NCBI GenBank assembly: GCA_964016885.1
Contig: OZ024744.1
Location: 134,912,001-134,976,000 of the forward strand
Direction of reading: 5' to 3'
Source: Eledone cirrhosa
Lineage: Eukaryota
Length of the DNA: 64,000 nt
Shown in pieces: positions 1 to 10,949 of this stretch. The position numbers were made by a program, and so were the translations under genes. Under the pieces are notes generated by a model. The model saw nothing but the letters and a program-made list of their open reading frames with translations, made no database searches and was not told where the DNA came from. How positions within the stretch are numbered: the first letter of the stretch is position 1; the number at the start of each line of letters is the position of its first letter.

Positions 1-419
1 AGTTAATTTGTGGTTTAGTTAAGTTGGGGTTAAGTTAAGTTGGGGTTAATTAAGTGGTGGTTATGTTAAGTTGGGGTTAAGTTAAGTTGGGGTTAATTTA
101 AATTGGGGTTAAGTTAACTTTGTGGTTAAGTTAAGTTGGGGTTAAGTTAAGTTGGGGTAAAGTTGGGGTTGAGTTAAGTTGGGGTTGAGTGAAGTTGGGG
201 TTAAGTTAAGTTGGGGTTAAGTTAAGTTGGGGTTAAGATAAGTCGGGGTTAAGTTAAGTTGTGGTTGAGTTAAGTTGGGGTTAATTTAAGTTGGGGCTAA
301 GTTAATTTGTGGTTAAGTTAAGTTGGGGTTATGTTAAGGTGGGGTTAAGTTAAGTTGGGGTTGAGTTAAGTTGGGGCTGAGTTAATTTGGGTTTAAGTTA
401 AGTTGGGGTTAAGTTAAGT

Positions 420-1020
420 TGGGTTTAAGTTAAGTTGGGGTTAAATTAAGTTGGGGTTAAATTAAGTTGGGGTTAAGTTAAGTTGGGGGTAAGTTAAGTT
501 GGGGGCAAGTTAAGTTGGGGTTAATTTAAGTTGGGGTTAAATTAAGTTGGGGTTACGTTAAGTTGGTGTTAAGTTAAGTTGGGGTTAATTTAAGTTGGGG
601 TTAATTAAGTTGGGGTTAAGTTAAGTTGGGGTTAAGTTAAGTTGGGGTTAATTTAAGTTGGGGTTGAGTTAAGTTGGGGTTAAGTTAAGTTGGGGTTATA
701 TTAAGTTGGGGTTAAGTTAAGTTGGGTTTAAGTTAAGTTGGGGTTAAATTAAGTTGGGGTTAAATTAAGTTGGGGTTAAGTTAAGTTGGGGGTAAGTTAA
801 GTTGGGGGCAAGTTAAGTTGGGGTTAATTTAAGTTGGGGTTAAATTAAGTTGGGGTTACGTTAAGTTGGTGTTAAGTTAAGTTGGGGTTAATTTAAGTTG
901 GGGTTAATTAAGTTGGGGTTAAGTTAAGTTGGGGTTAAGTTAAGTTGGGGTTAATTTAAGTTGGGGTTGAGTTAAGTTGGGGTTAAGTTAAGTTGGGGTT
1001 ATATTAAGTTGGGGTTAAGT
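420..1020 (+). repeat. 303-bp tandem duplication of a variant-monomer block (approximate ends)
   Basis: Marker series GGGGGTAAG, GGGGGCAAG, TTACGTT, GGTGTT, TTAATTAAG, TTATATT occurs twice; TATA at 697 and 1000. Confidence 0.85.
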
Positions 1021-2770
1021 TAAGTTGGGGTTCAGTTAAGTTGGGGTTAAGTTAAGTTGGGGTTAAGTTAAGTTGAGGTTAAGTTAAGTTGGGGTTAAGT
1101 TAAGTTGGTGTTAAGTTAAGTTGGGGCTAAGTTAAGTTGGGGCTGAGTTAAGTTGGGGCTGAGTTAAGTTGGGGCTAAGTTAAGTTGGGGTTGAGTTAAG
1201 TTGGGGTTAAGTTGGGGTTAAGTTAAGTTAGGTTTAAGTTAAGTTGGGGTTAAGTTAAGTTGGGGTTAAGTTAAGTTGGGGTTAAGTTAAGTTGGGGTTA
1301 AGTTAAGTTGGGGTTAAGTTAAGTTGGGGTTAAGTTAAGTTGGGGTTAAGTTAATTTGTGGTTAAGTTAAGTTGTGGTTAAGTTAAGTTGGGGTTAAGTT
1401 AAGTTGGGGTTAAGTTAAGTCGGGGTTAAGTTAAGTTGGGGTTAAGTTAAGTTGGGGTTAATTAAGTTGGGGTTAAGTTAAGTTGGGGTTAAGTTAAGTT
1501 GGGGTTAATTTAAGTTGGGGTTGAGTTAAGTTGGGGTTGAGTTAAATTGGGGTTGAGTTAAGTTGGGGTTGAGTTAAGTTGGTGTTGAGTTAAGTTGGGG
1601 TTAAGTTAAGTTGGGGTTAAATTAAGTTGGGGTTAAATTAAGTTGGGGTTAAGTTAAGTTGGGGGTAAGTTAAGTTGGGGGCAAGTTAAGTTGGGGTTAA
1701 TATAAGTTGGGGTTAAATTAAGTTGGGGTTACGTTAAGTTGGTGCTAAGTTAAGTTGGGGTTAATTTAAGTTGGGGTTAATTAAGTTGGGGTTAAGTTAA
1801 GTTGGGGTTAAGTTAAGTTGGGGTTAATTTAAGTTGGGGTTGAGTTAAGTTGGGGTTAAGTTAATTTGGGGTTATATTAAGTTGGGGTTAAGTTAAGTTG
1901 GGGTTCAGTTAAGTTGGGGTTAAGTTAAGTTGGGGTTAAGTTAAGTTGAGGTTAAGTTAAGTTGGGGTTAAGTTAAGTTGGTGTTAAGTTAAGTTGGAGC
2001 TAAGTTAAGTTGGGGCTGAGTTAAGTTGGGGCTGAGTTAAGTTGGGGCTAAATTAAGTTGGGGTTGAGTTAAGTTGGGGTTAAGTTGGGGTTAAGTTATG
2101 TTAGGTTTAAGTTAAGTTGGGGTTAAGTTAAGTTGGGGTTAAGTTAAGTTGGGGTTAAGTTAAGTTGGGGTTAAGTTAAGTTGGGGTTAAGTTAAGTTGG
2201 GGTTAAGTTAAGTTGGGGTTAAGTTAATTTGTGGTTAAGTTAAGTTGTGGTTAAGTTAAGTTGGGGTTAAGTTAAGTTGGGGTTAATTTAAGTTGGGGTT
2301 AAGTTAAGTTGGGGTTAAGTTAAGTTGGGGTTAAGTTAAGTTGGGGTTAAGTTAAGTTGGGGATAATTTAAGTTGGGGTTAAGTTAAGTTTGAGTTTAAG
2401 TTAAGTTGGGGTTAAGTTAAGTTGGGGTTAAGTTAAGTTGGGGTTAAGTTAAGTTGGTTAGTTAAGTTGAGTTTAAGTTAAGTTGGGGTTAATTTAAGTT
2501 GGGGTTAAGTTAAGCTGGGGTTAAGTTGGGGTTAAGTTAAGTTGGGGTTAATTTAAGTTGGGGTTAAGTTAAGTTGGGGTTAAGTTAAGTCGGGGTTAAG
2601 TTAAGTTGGGGTTAAGTTAAGTTGGGGTTAAGTTAAGTTGGGGTTAAGTTAAGTTGGTTAGTTAAGTTGAGTTTAAGTTAAGTTGGGGTTAATTTAAGTT
2701 GGGGTTAAGTTAAGTTGGGGTTAAGTTAAGTTGGGGTTAAGTTAAGTTGGGGTTAAGTTAAGTTGGGGTT

Positions 2771-2945
2771 AACCCCAACTTAACTTAACCCCAACTTCAC
2801 TCAACCCCAACGTAACTCAACCCCAACTTAACTTAACCCCAACTTCACTCAACCCCAACTTAACTTAACCCCAACTTCACTCAACCCCAACTTCCAACTT
2901 GACTTAACCCCAACTTAACTTAGCCCCAACTTAACTTAAGCCCAA
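2771..2945 (-). repeat. Inverted satellite island 1 (type A, 175 bp)
   Basis: C-rich AACCCCAACTTAACTT monomers; starts at GGGGTT|AACCCC, ends GCCCAA|AGTCGGGG; carries the AACTTCCAACTTGAC deletion junction. Confidence 0.97.
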
Positions 2946-5900
2946 AGTCGGGGTTAAGTTAAGTTGGCGTTAAGTTAAGTTGGCGTTAAGTTAAGTTAGG
3001 CTTAACTTAAGTTGGGGTTCAGTTAAGTTGGGGGTAAGTTAAGTTGGGGTTAAGTTAAGTTAGGGTTAAGTTAAGTTGGGGTTGAGTTAAGTTGGGGTTA
3101 ATTAAGTGGTGGTTATGTTAAGTTGGGGTTAAGTTAAGTTGGGGTTAATTTAAATTGGGGTTAAGTTAACTTTGTGGTTAAGTTAAGTTGGGGTTAAGTT
3201 AAGTTGGGGTAAAGTTGGGGTTGAGTTAAGTTGGGGTTGAGTGAAGTTGGGGTTAAGTTAAGTTGGGGTTAAGTTAAGTTGGGGTTAACATAAGTCGGGG
3301 TTAAGTTAAGTTGTGGTTGAGTTAAGTTGGGGTTAATTTAAGTTGGGGCTAAGTTAATTTGTGGTTAAGTTAAGTTGGGGTTAAGTTAAGTTGGGGTTAA
3401 GTTAAGTTGGGGTTGAGTTAAGTTGGGGCTGAGTTAATTTGGGTTTAAGTTAAGTTGGCGTTAAGTTAAGTTGGGGTTAAGTTAAGTTGGGGTTAAATTA
3501 AGTTGGGGTTAAATTAAGTTGGGGTTAAGTTAAGTTGGGGGTAAGTTAAGTTGGGGGCAAGTTAAGTTGGGGTTAATTTAAGTTGGGGTTAAATTAAGTT
3601 GGGGTTACGTTAAGTTGGTGTTAAGTTAAGTTGGGGTTAATTTAAGTTGGGGTTAATTAAGTTGGGGTTAAGTTAAGTTGGGGTTAAGTTAAGTTGGGGT
3701 TAATTTAAGTTGGGGTTGAGTTAAGTTGGGGTTAAGTTAAGTTGGGGTTATATTAAGTTGGGGTTAAGTTAAGTTGGGGTTCAGTTAAGTTGGGGTTAAG
3801 TTAAGTTGGGGTTAAGTTAAGTTGAGGTTAAGTTAAGTTGGGGTTAAGTTAAGTTGGTGTTAAGTTAAGTTGGGGCTAATTTAAGTTGGGGCTGAGTTAA
3901 GTTGGGGCTGAGTTAAGTTGGGGCTAAGTTAAGTTGGGGTTGAGTTAAGTTGGGGTTAAGTTGGGGTTAAGTTAAGTTAGGTTTAAGTTAAGTTGGGGTT
4001 AAGTTAAGTTGGGGTTAAGTTAAGTTGGGGTTAAGTTAAGTTGGGGTTAAGTTAAGTTGGGGTTAAGTTAAGTTGGGGTTAAGTTAATTTGTGGTTAAGT
4101 TAAGTTGTGGTTAAGTTAAGTTGGGGTTAAGTTAAGTTGGGGTTAAGTTAAGTCGGGGTTAAGTTAAGTTGGGGTTAAGTTAAGTTGGGGTTAATTTAAG
4201 TTGGGGTTAAGTTAAGTTGGGGTTAAGTTAAGTTGGGGTTAAGTTAAGTCGGGGTTAAGTTAAGTTGGGGTTAAGTTAAGTTGGGGTTAATTTAAGTTGG
4301 GGTTAAGTTAAGTTGGGGTTAAGTTAAGTTGGGGTTAAGTTAAGTTGGGGTTAAGTTAATTTGGGGTTAAGTTAAGTTGGGGCTAATTTAAGTTGGGGCT
4401 GAGTTAAGTTGGGGTTAAGTTAACCTGGAGTTAAGTTAAGTTGGGGTTAAGTTAAGTTGGGGTCAAGTTAAGTTGGGGTTTATTTAAGTTGGGGTTAAGT
4501 TAAGTTGGGGTTCAGTTAAGTTGGGGTTCAGTTAAGTTGGGGTTAAGTTAAGTTGGGGTTAAGATGGGGTTAAATTACGTTGGAGTTAAGTTAAGTTGGG
4601 GTTAAGTTAAGTTGGGGTTAAGTTAAGTTGGGGTTAAGTTAAGTCGGGGTTAATTTAAGTCGGGGTTAAGTTAAGTTAGGGTTCAGTTAAGTTGGGGTTA
4701 AGTTAAGTTGGGGTTGAATTAAGTTGGGGTTGAGTTAAATTGGGGTTGAGTTAAGTTGGGGTTGAGTTAAGTTGGTGTTGAGTTAAGTTGGGGTTAAGTT
4801 AAATTGGGGTTAAGTTAAGTTGCAGTTAAGTTAAGTTGAGGTTAAGTTAAGGTGCGGGTAAGTTAAGTTGGGCTTAAGTTAAGTTGGGGCTAAGTTAAAT
4901 TGGGGCTCAGTTAAGTTGGGGCTAAGTTAAGTTGGGGTTAAGTTAAGTTGGGGTTAAGTTAAGTCGGGGTTAAGTTAAGTTGGGGTTAAGTTAAGTTGGG
5001 GTTAATTTAAGTTGGGGTTAAGTTAAGTTGGGGTTAAGTTAAGTTGGGGTTAAGTTAAGTTGGGTTTAAGTTAAGTTGGGGTTAAGTTAAGTCGGGGTTG
5101 AGTTAAGTTGGGGCTGAGTTAATTTGGGGTTAAGTTAAGTTGGGGTTAAGTTAAGTTGGGTTTAAGTTAAGTTGGTTAGTTAAGTTGAGTTTAAGTTAAG
5201 TTGGGGTTAATTTAAGTTGGGGTTAAGTTAAGCTGGGGTTAAGTTAAGTTGGGGTTAAGTTAAGTTGGGGTTAATTTAAGTTGGGGTTAAGTTAAGTTGC
5301 GGGTAATTTAAGTTGGGGTTAAGTTAAGTTGGGGTTAAGTTAAGTTGGGGTTAAGTTAAGTTGGGGTTAAGTTAATTTGGGGTTAAGTTAAGTTGGGGCT
5401 AATTTAAGTTGGGGCTGAGTTAAGTTGGGGTTAAGTTAAGCTGGGGTTAAGTTAAGTTGGGGTTAAGTTAAGTTGGGGTTAAGTTAAGTTGGGGTTTATT
5501 TAAGTTGGGGTTAAGTTAAGTTGGGGTTCAGTTAAGTTGGGGTTCAGTTAAGTTGGGGTTAAGATGGGGTTAAATTACGTTGGAGTTAAGTTAAGTTGGG
5601 GTTAAGTTAAGTTGGGGTTAATTTAAGTTGGGGTTAAATTAAGTCGGGGTTAATTTAAGTCGGGGTTAAGTTAAGTTAGGGTTCAGTTAAGTTGGGGTTA
5701 AGTTAAGTTGGGGTTGAGTTAAGATGGGGTTCAGTTAAATTGGGGTTGAGTTAAGTTGGGGTTGAGTTAAGTTGGTGTTGAGTTAAGTTGGGGTTAAGTT
5801 AAATTGGGGTTAAGTTAAGTTGCAGTTAAGTTAAGTTGAGGTTAAGTTAAGGTGCGGTTAAGTTATGTTGGGGTTAAGTTAAGTTGGGGCTAAGTTAAGT

Positions 5901-6192
5901 TGGGGCTTAGTTAAGTTGGGGCTAAGTTAAGTTGGGGTTAAGTTAAGTTGGGGTTAAGTTAAGTCGGGGTTAAGTTAAGTTGGGGTTAAGTTAAGTTGGG
6001 GTTAATTTAAGTTGGGGTTAAGTTAAGTTGGGGTTAAGTTAAGTTGGGTTTAAGTTAAGTTGGGGTTAAGTTAAGTTGGGGTTTAGTTAAGTTGGGGTTA
6101 AGTTAAGTTGGTTAGTTAAGTTGAGTTTAAGTTAAGTTGGGGTTAATTTAAGTTGGGGTTAAGTTAAGTTGGGGTTAAGTTAAGTTGGGGTT

Positions 6193-6367
6193 AACCCCAA
6201 CTTAACTTAACCCCAACTTCACTCAACCCCAACGTAACTCAACCCCAACTTAACTTAACCCCAACTTCACTCAACCCCAACTTAACTTAACCCCAACTTC
6301 ACTCAACCCCAACTTCCAACTTGACTTAACCCCAACTTAACTTAGCCCCAACTTAACTTAAGCCCAA
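6193..6367 (-). repeat. Inverted satellite island 2 (type A, 175 bp)
   Basis: Same sequence and junctions as island 1. Confidence 0.97.
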
Positions 6368-8800
6368 AGTCGGGGTTAAGTTAAGTTGGCGTTAAGTTAA
6401 GTTGGCGTTAAGTTAAGTTAGGCTTAACTTAAGTTGGGGTTCAGTTAAGTTGGGGGTAAGTTAAGTTGGGGGTAAGTTAAGTTGGGGGTAAGTTAAGTTG
6501 GGGTTAAGTTAAGTTGCGGTTAAGTTGGGGTTAAGTTAAGTTAGGGTTAAGTTAAGTTGGGGTTGAGTTAAGTTGGGGTTAATTAAGTGGTGGTTATGTT
6601 AAGTTGGGGTTAAGTTAAGTTGGGGTTAATTTAAATTGGGGTTAAGTTAACTTTGTGGTTAAGTTAAGTTGGGGTTAAGTTAAGTTGGGGTAAAGTAGGG
6701 GTTGAGTTAAGTTGGGGTTGAGTGAAGTTGGGGTTAAGTTAAGTTGGGGTTAAGTTAAGTTGGGGTTAAGATAAGTCGGGGTTAAGTTAAGTTGTGGTTG
6801 ATTTAAGTTGGGGTTAATTTAAGTTGGGGCTAAGTTAATTTGTGGTTAAGTTAAGTTAGGGTTAAGTTAAGTTGGGGTTAAGTTAAGTTGGGGTTGAGTT
6901 AAGTTGGGGTTGAGTTAATTTGGGGTTAAGTTAAGTTGGGGTTAAGTTAAGTTGGGTTTAAGTTAAGTTGGGGTTAAATTAAGTTGGGGTTAAATTAAGT
7001 TGGGGTTAAGTTAAGTTGGGGGTAAGTTATGTTGGGGGCAAGTTAATTTGGGGTTAATTTAAGTTGGGGTTAAATTAAGTTGTGGTTACGTTAAGTTGGT
7101 GTTAAGTTAAGTTGGGGTTAATTTAAGTTGGGGTTAATTAAGTTGGGGTTAAGTTAAGTTGGGGTTAAGTTAAGTTGGGGTTAATTTAAGTTGGGGTTGA
7201 GTTAAGTTGGGGTTAAGTTAAGTTGGGGTTATATTAAGTTGGGGTTAAGTTAAGTTGGGGTTCAGTTAAGTTGGGGTTAAGTTAAGTTGGGGTTAAGTTA
7301 AGTTGAGGTTAAGTTAAGTTGGGGTTAAGTTAAGTTGGTGTTAAGTTAAGTTGGGGCTAAGTTAAGTTGGGGTTGAGTTAAGTTGGGGTTAAGTTGGGGT
7401 TAAGTTAAGTTAGGTTTAAGTTAAGTTGGGGTTAAGTTAAGTTGGGGTTAAGTTAAGTTGTGGTTAAGTTAAGTTGGGGTTAAGTTAAGTTGGGGTTAAG
7501 TTAAGTCGGGGTTAAGTTAAGTTGGGGTTAATTTAAGTTGGGGTTAATTTAAGTTGGGGTTAAGTTAAGTTGGGGTTAAGTTAAGTTGGGGTTAAGTTAA
7601 TTGGGGTTAAGTTAAGTTGGGGTTAAGTTAAGTTGAGGTTAAGTTAAGTTGGGGTTAAATTAAGTTTGGGTTAAGTTAAGTTGGGGTTAAGTTAAGTTGG
7701 GGTTAAGTTAAGTTGGGGATAAGTTAAGTTGGGGATAATTTAAGTTGGGGTTAAGTTAAGTTGGGTTTAAGTTAAGTTGGGGTTAAGTTAAGTTGGGGTT
7801 AAGTTAAGTTGGGGTTAAGTTAAGTTGGGGCTAAGTTAAGTTGGGGCTGAGTTAAGTTGGAGTTAAGTTAAGTTGGGGTTAAGTTAAGTTGGGGTTAAGT
7901 TAAGTTGGGGTTAATTTAAGTTGGGGTTAAGTTAAGTTGCGGGTAATTTAAGTTGGGGTTAAGTTAAGTTGGGGTTAAGTTAAGTTGGGGTTAAGTTAAG
8001 TTGGGGTTAAGTTAAGTTGGGGCTAATTTAAGTTGGGGCTGAGTTAAGTTGGGGTTAAGTTAAGTTGGGGTTAAGTTAAGTTGGGATTAAGTTAAGTTGG
8101 GGTTAAGTTAAGTTGGGGTTCAGTTAAGTTGGGGTTCAGTTAAGTTGGGGTTAAGTTAAGTTGGGGTTAAGATGGGGTTAAATTACGTTGGAGTTAAGTT
8201 AAGTTGGGGTTAAGTTAAGTTGGGGTTAAGTTAAGTTGGGGTTAAGTTAAGTCGGGGTTAATTTAAGTCGGGGTTAAGTTAAGTTAGGGTTCAGTTAAGT
8301 TGGGGTTAAGTTAAGTTGGGGTTGAGTTAAGATGGGGTTCAGTTAAATTGGGGTTGAGTTAAGTTGGGGTTGAGTTAAGTTGGTGTTGAGTTAAGTTGGG
8401 GTTAAGTTAAATTGGGGTTAAGTTAAGTTGCAGTTAAGTTAAGTTGAGGTTAAGTTAAGGTGCGGTTAAGTTAAGTTGGGGTTAAGTTAAGTTGGGGCTA
8501 AGTTAAGTTGGGGCTAAGTTAAGTTGGGGCTAAGTTAAGTTGGGGTTAAGTTAAGTTGGGGTTAAGTTAAGTCGGGGTTAAGTTAAGTTGGGGTTAAGTT
8601 AAGTTGGGGTTACTTTAAGTTGGGGTTAAGTTAAGTTGGGGTTAAGTTAAGTTGGGTTTAAGTTAAGTTGGGGTTAAGTTAAGTTGGGGTTAAGTTAAGT
8701 TGGGGTTAAGTTAAGTTGGTTAGTTAAGTTGAGTTTAAGTTAAGTTGGGGTTAATTTAAGTTGGGGTTAAGTTAAGTTGGGGTTAAGTTAAGTTGGGGTT

Positions 8801-8975
8801 AACCCCAACTTAACTTAACCCCAACTTCACTCAACCCCAACGTAACTCAACCCCAACTTAACTTAACCCCAACTTCACTCAACCCCAACTTAACTTAACC
8901 CCAACTTCACTCAACCCCAACTTCCAACTTGACTTAACCCCAACTTAACTTAGCCCCAACTTAACTTAAGCCCAA
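8801..8975 (-). repeat. Inverted satellite island 3 (type A, 175 bp)
   Basis: Same sequence and junctions as island 1. Confidence 0.97.
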
Positions 8976-10774
8976 AGTCGGGGTTAAGTTAAGTTGGCGT
9001 TAAGTTAAGTTGGCGTTAAGTTAAGTTAGGCTTAACTTAAGTTGGGGTTCAGTTAAGTTGGGGGTAAGTTAAGTTGGGGGTAAGTTAAGTTGGGGTTAAG
9101 TTAAGTTGCGGTTAAGTTGGGGTTAAGTTAAGTTAGGGTTAAGTTAAGTTGGGGTTGAGTTAAGTTGGGGTTAATTAAGTGGTGGTTATGTTAAGTTGGG
9201 GTTAAGTTAAGTTGGGGTTAATTTAATTTGGGGTTAAGTTAACTTTGTGGTTAAGTTAAGTTGGGGTTAAGTTAAGTTGGGGTAAAGTTGGGGTTGAGTT
9301 AAGTTGGGGTTGAGTGAAGTTGGGGTTAAGTTAAGTTGGGGTTAAGTTAAGTTGGGGTTAAGATAAGTCGGGGTTAAGTTAAGTTGTGGTTGATTTAAGT
9401 TGGGGTTAATTTAAGTTGGGGCTAAGTTAATTTGTGGTTAAGTTAAGTTAGGGTTAAGTTAAGTTGGGGTTAAGTTAAGTTGGGGTTGAGTTAAGTTGGG
9501 GTTGAGTTAATTTGGGGTTAAGTTAAGTTGGGGTTAATTTAAGTTGGGGTTAAGTTAAGTTGGGGTTAAGTTAAGTTGGGGTTAAGTTAATTGGGGTTAA
9601 GTTAAGTTGGGGTTAAGTTAAGTTGAGGTTAAGTTAAGTTGGGGTTAAATTAAGTTTGGGTTAAGTTAAGTTGGGGTTAAGTTAAGTTGGGGTTAAGTTA
9701 AGTTGGGGATAAGTTAAGTTGGGGATAATTTAAGTTGGGGTTAAGTTAAGTTGGGTTTAAGTTAAGTTGGGGTTAAGTTAAGTTGGGGTTAAGTTAAGTT
9801 GGGGTTAAGTTAAGTTGGGGCTAAGTTAAGTTGGGGCTGAGTTAAGTTGGAGTTAAGTTAAGTTGGGGTTAAGTTAAGTTGGGGTTAAGTTAAGTTGGGG
9901 TTAATTTAAGTTGGGGTTAAGTTAAGTTGCGGGTAATTTAAGTTGGGGTTAAGTTAAGTTGGGGTTAAGTTAAGTTGGGGTTAAGTTAAGTTGGGGTTAA
10001 GTTAAGTTGGGGCTAATTTAAGTTGGGGCTGAGTTAAGTTGGGGTTAAGTTAAGTTGGGGTTAAGTTAAGTTGGGATTAAGTTAAGTTGGGGTTAAGTTA
10101 AGTTGGGGTTCAGTTAAGTTGGGGTTCAGTTAAGTTGGGGTTAAGTTAAGTTGGGGTTAAGATGGGGTTAAATTACGTTGGAGTTAAGTTAAGTTGGGGT
10201 TAAGTTAAGTTGGGGTTAAGTTAAGTTGGGGTTAAGTTAAGTCGGGGTTAATTTAAGTCGGGGTTAAGTTAAGTTAGGGTTCAGTTAAGTTGGGGTTAAG
10301 TTAAGTTGGGGTTGAGTTAAGATGGGGTTCAGTTAAATTGGGGTTGAGTTAAGTTGGGGTTGAGTTAAGTTGGTGTTGAGTTAAGTTGGGGTTAAGTTAA
10401 ATTGGGGTTAAGTTAAGTTGCAGTTAAGTTAAGTTGAGGTTAAGTTAAGGTGCGGTTAAGTTAAGTTGGGGTTAAGTTAAGTTGGGGCTAAGTTAAGTTG
10501 GGGCTAAGTTAAGTTGGGGCTAAGTTAAGTTGGGGTTAAGTTAAGTTGGGGTTAAGTTAAGTCGGGGTTAAGTTAAGTTGGGGTTAAGTTAAGTTGGGGT
10601 TACTTTAAGTTGGGGTTAAGTTAAGTTGGGGTTAAGTTAAGTTGGGTTTAAGTTAAGTTGGGGTTAAGTTAAGTTGGGGTTAAGTTAAGTTGGTTAGTTA
10701 AGTTGAGTTTAAGTTAAGTTGGGGTTAATTTAAGTTGGGGTTAAGTTAAGTTGGGGTTAAGTTAAGTTGGGGTT

Positions 10775-10949
10775 AACCCCAACTTAACTTAACCCCAACT
10801 TCACTCAACCCCAACGTAACTCAACCCCAACTTAACTTAACCCCAACTTCACTCAACCCCAACTTAACTTAACCCCAACTTCACTCAACCCCAACTTCCA
10901 ACTTGACTTAACCCCAACTTAACTTAGCCCCAACTTAACTTAAGCCCAA
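10775..10949 (-). repeat. Inverted satellite island 4 (type A, 175 bp)
   Basis: Same sequence and junctions as island 1. Confidence 0.97.

Noticed and set aside
695-705. TATA-like TTATATTAA as a promoter element
   Set aside because: It is a two-base variant of TTAAGTTAA propagated with its module, with no other promoter or gene context.
2761-2780. Protelomerase/telomere-resolvase target or recombinase-driven invertible switch
   Set aside because: The palindrome is made of the satellite itself, no enzyme gene is present, I recognise no match to known target sites, and all 22 islands are in the same state.
2771-2945. Islands as MITE or piggyBac-type insertions at TTAA
   Set aside because: They consist only of inverted satellite monomers, with no distinct terminal inverted repeats, no TTAA target duplication at the right end and no transposase. 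Shared flanks show spread by duplication rather than independent insertion.
3059-3066. TTAGGG hexamers as canonical telomere repeats
   Set aside because: They are isolated single G>A variants of TTGGGG within monomers and are never tandem.
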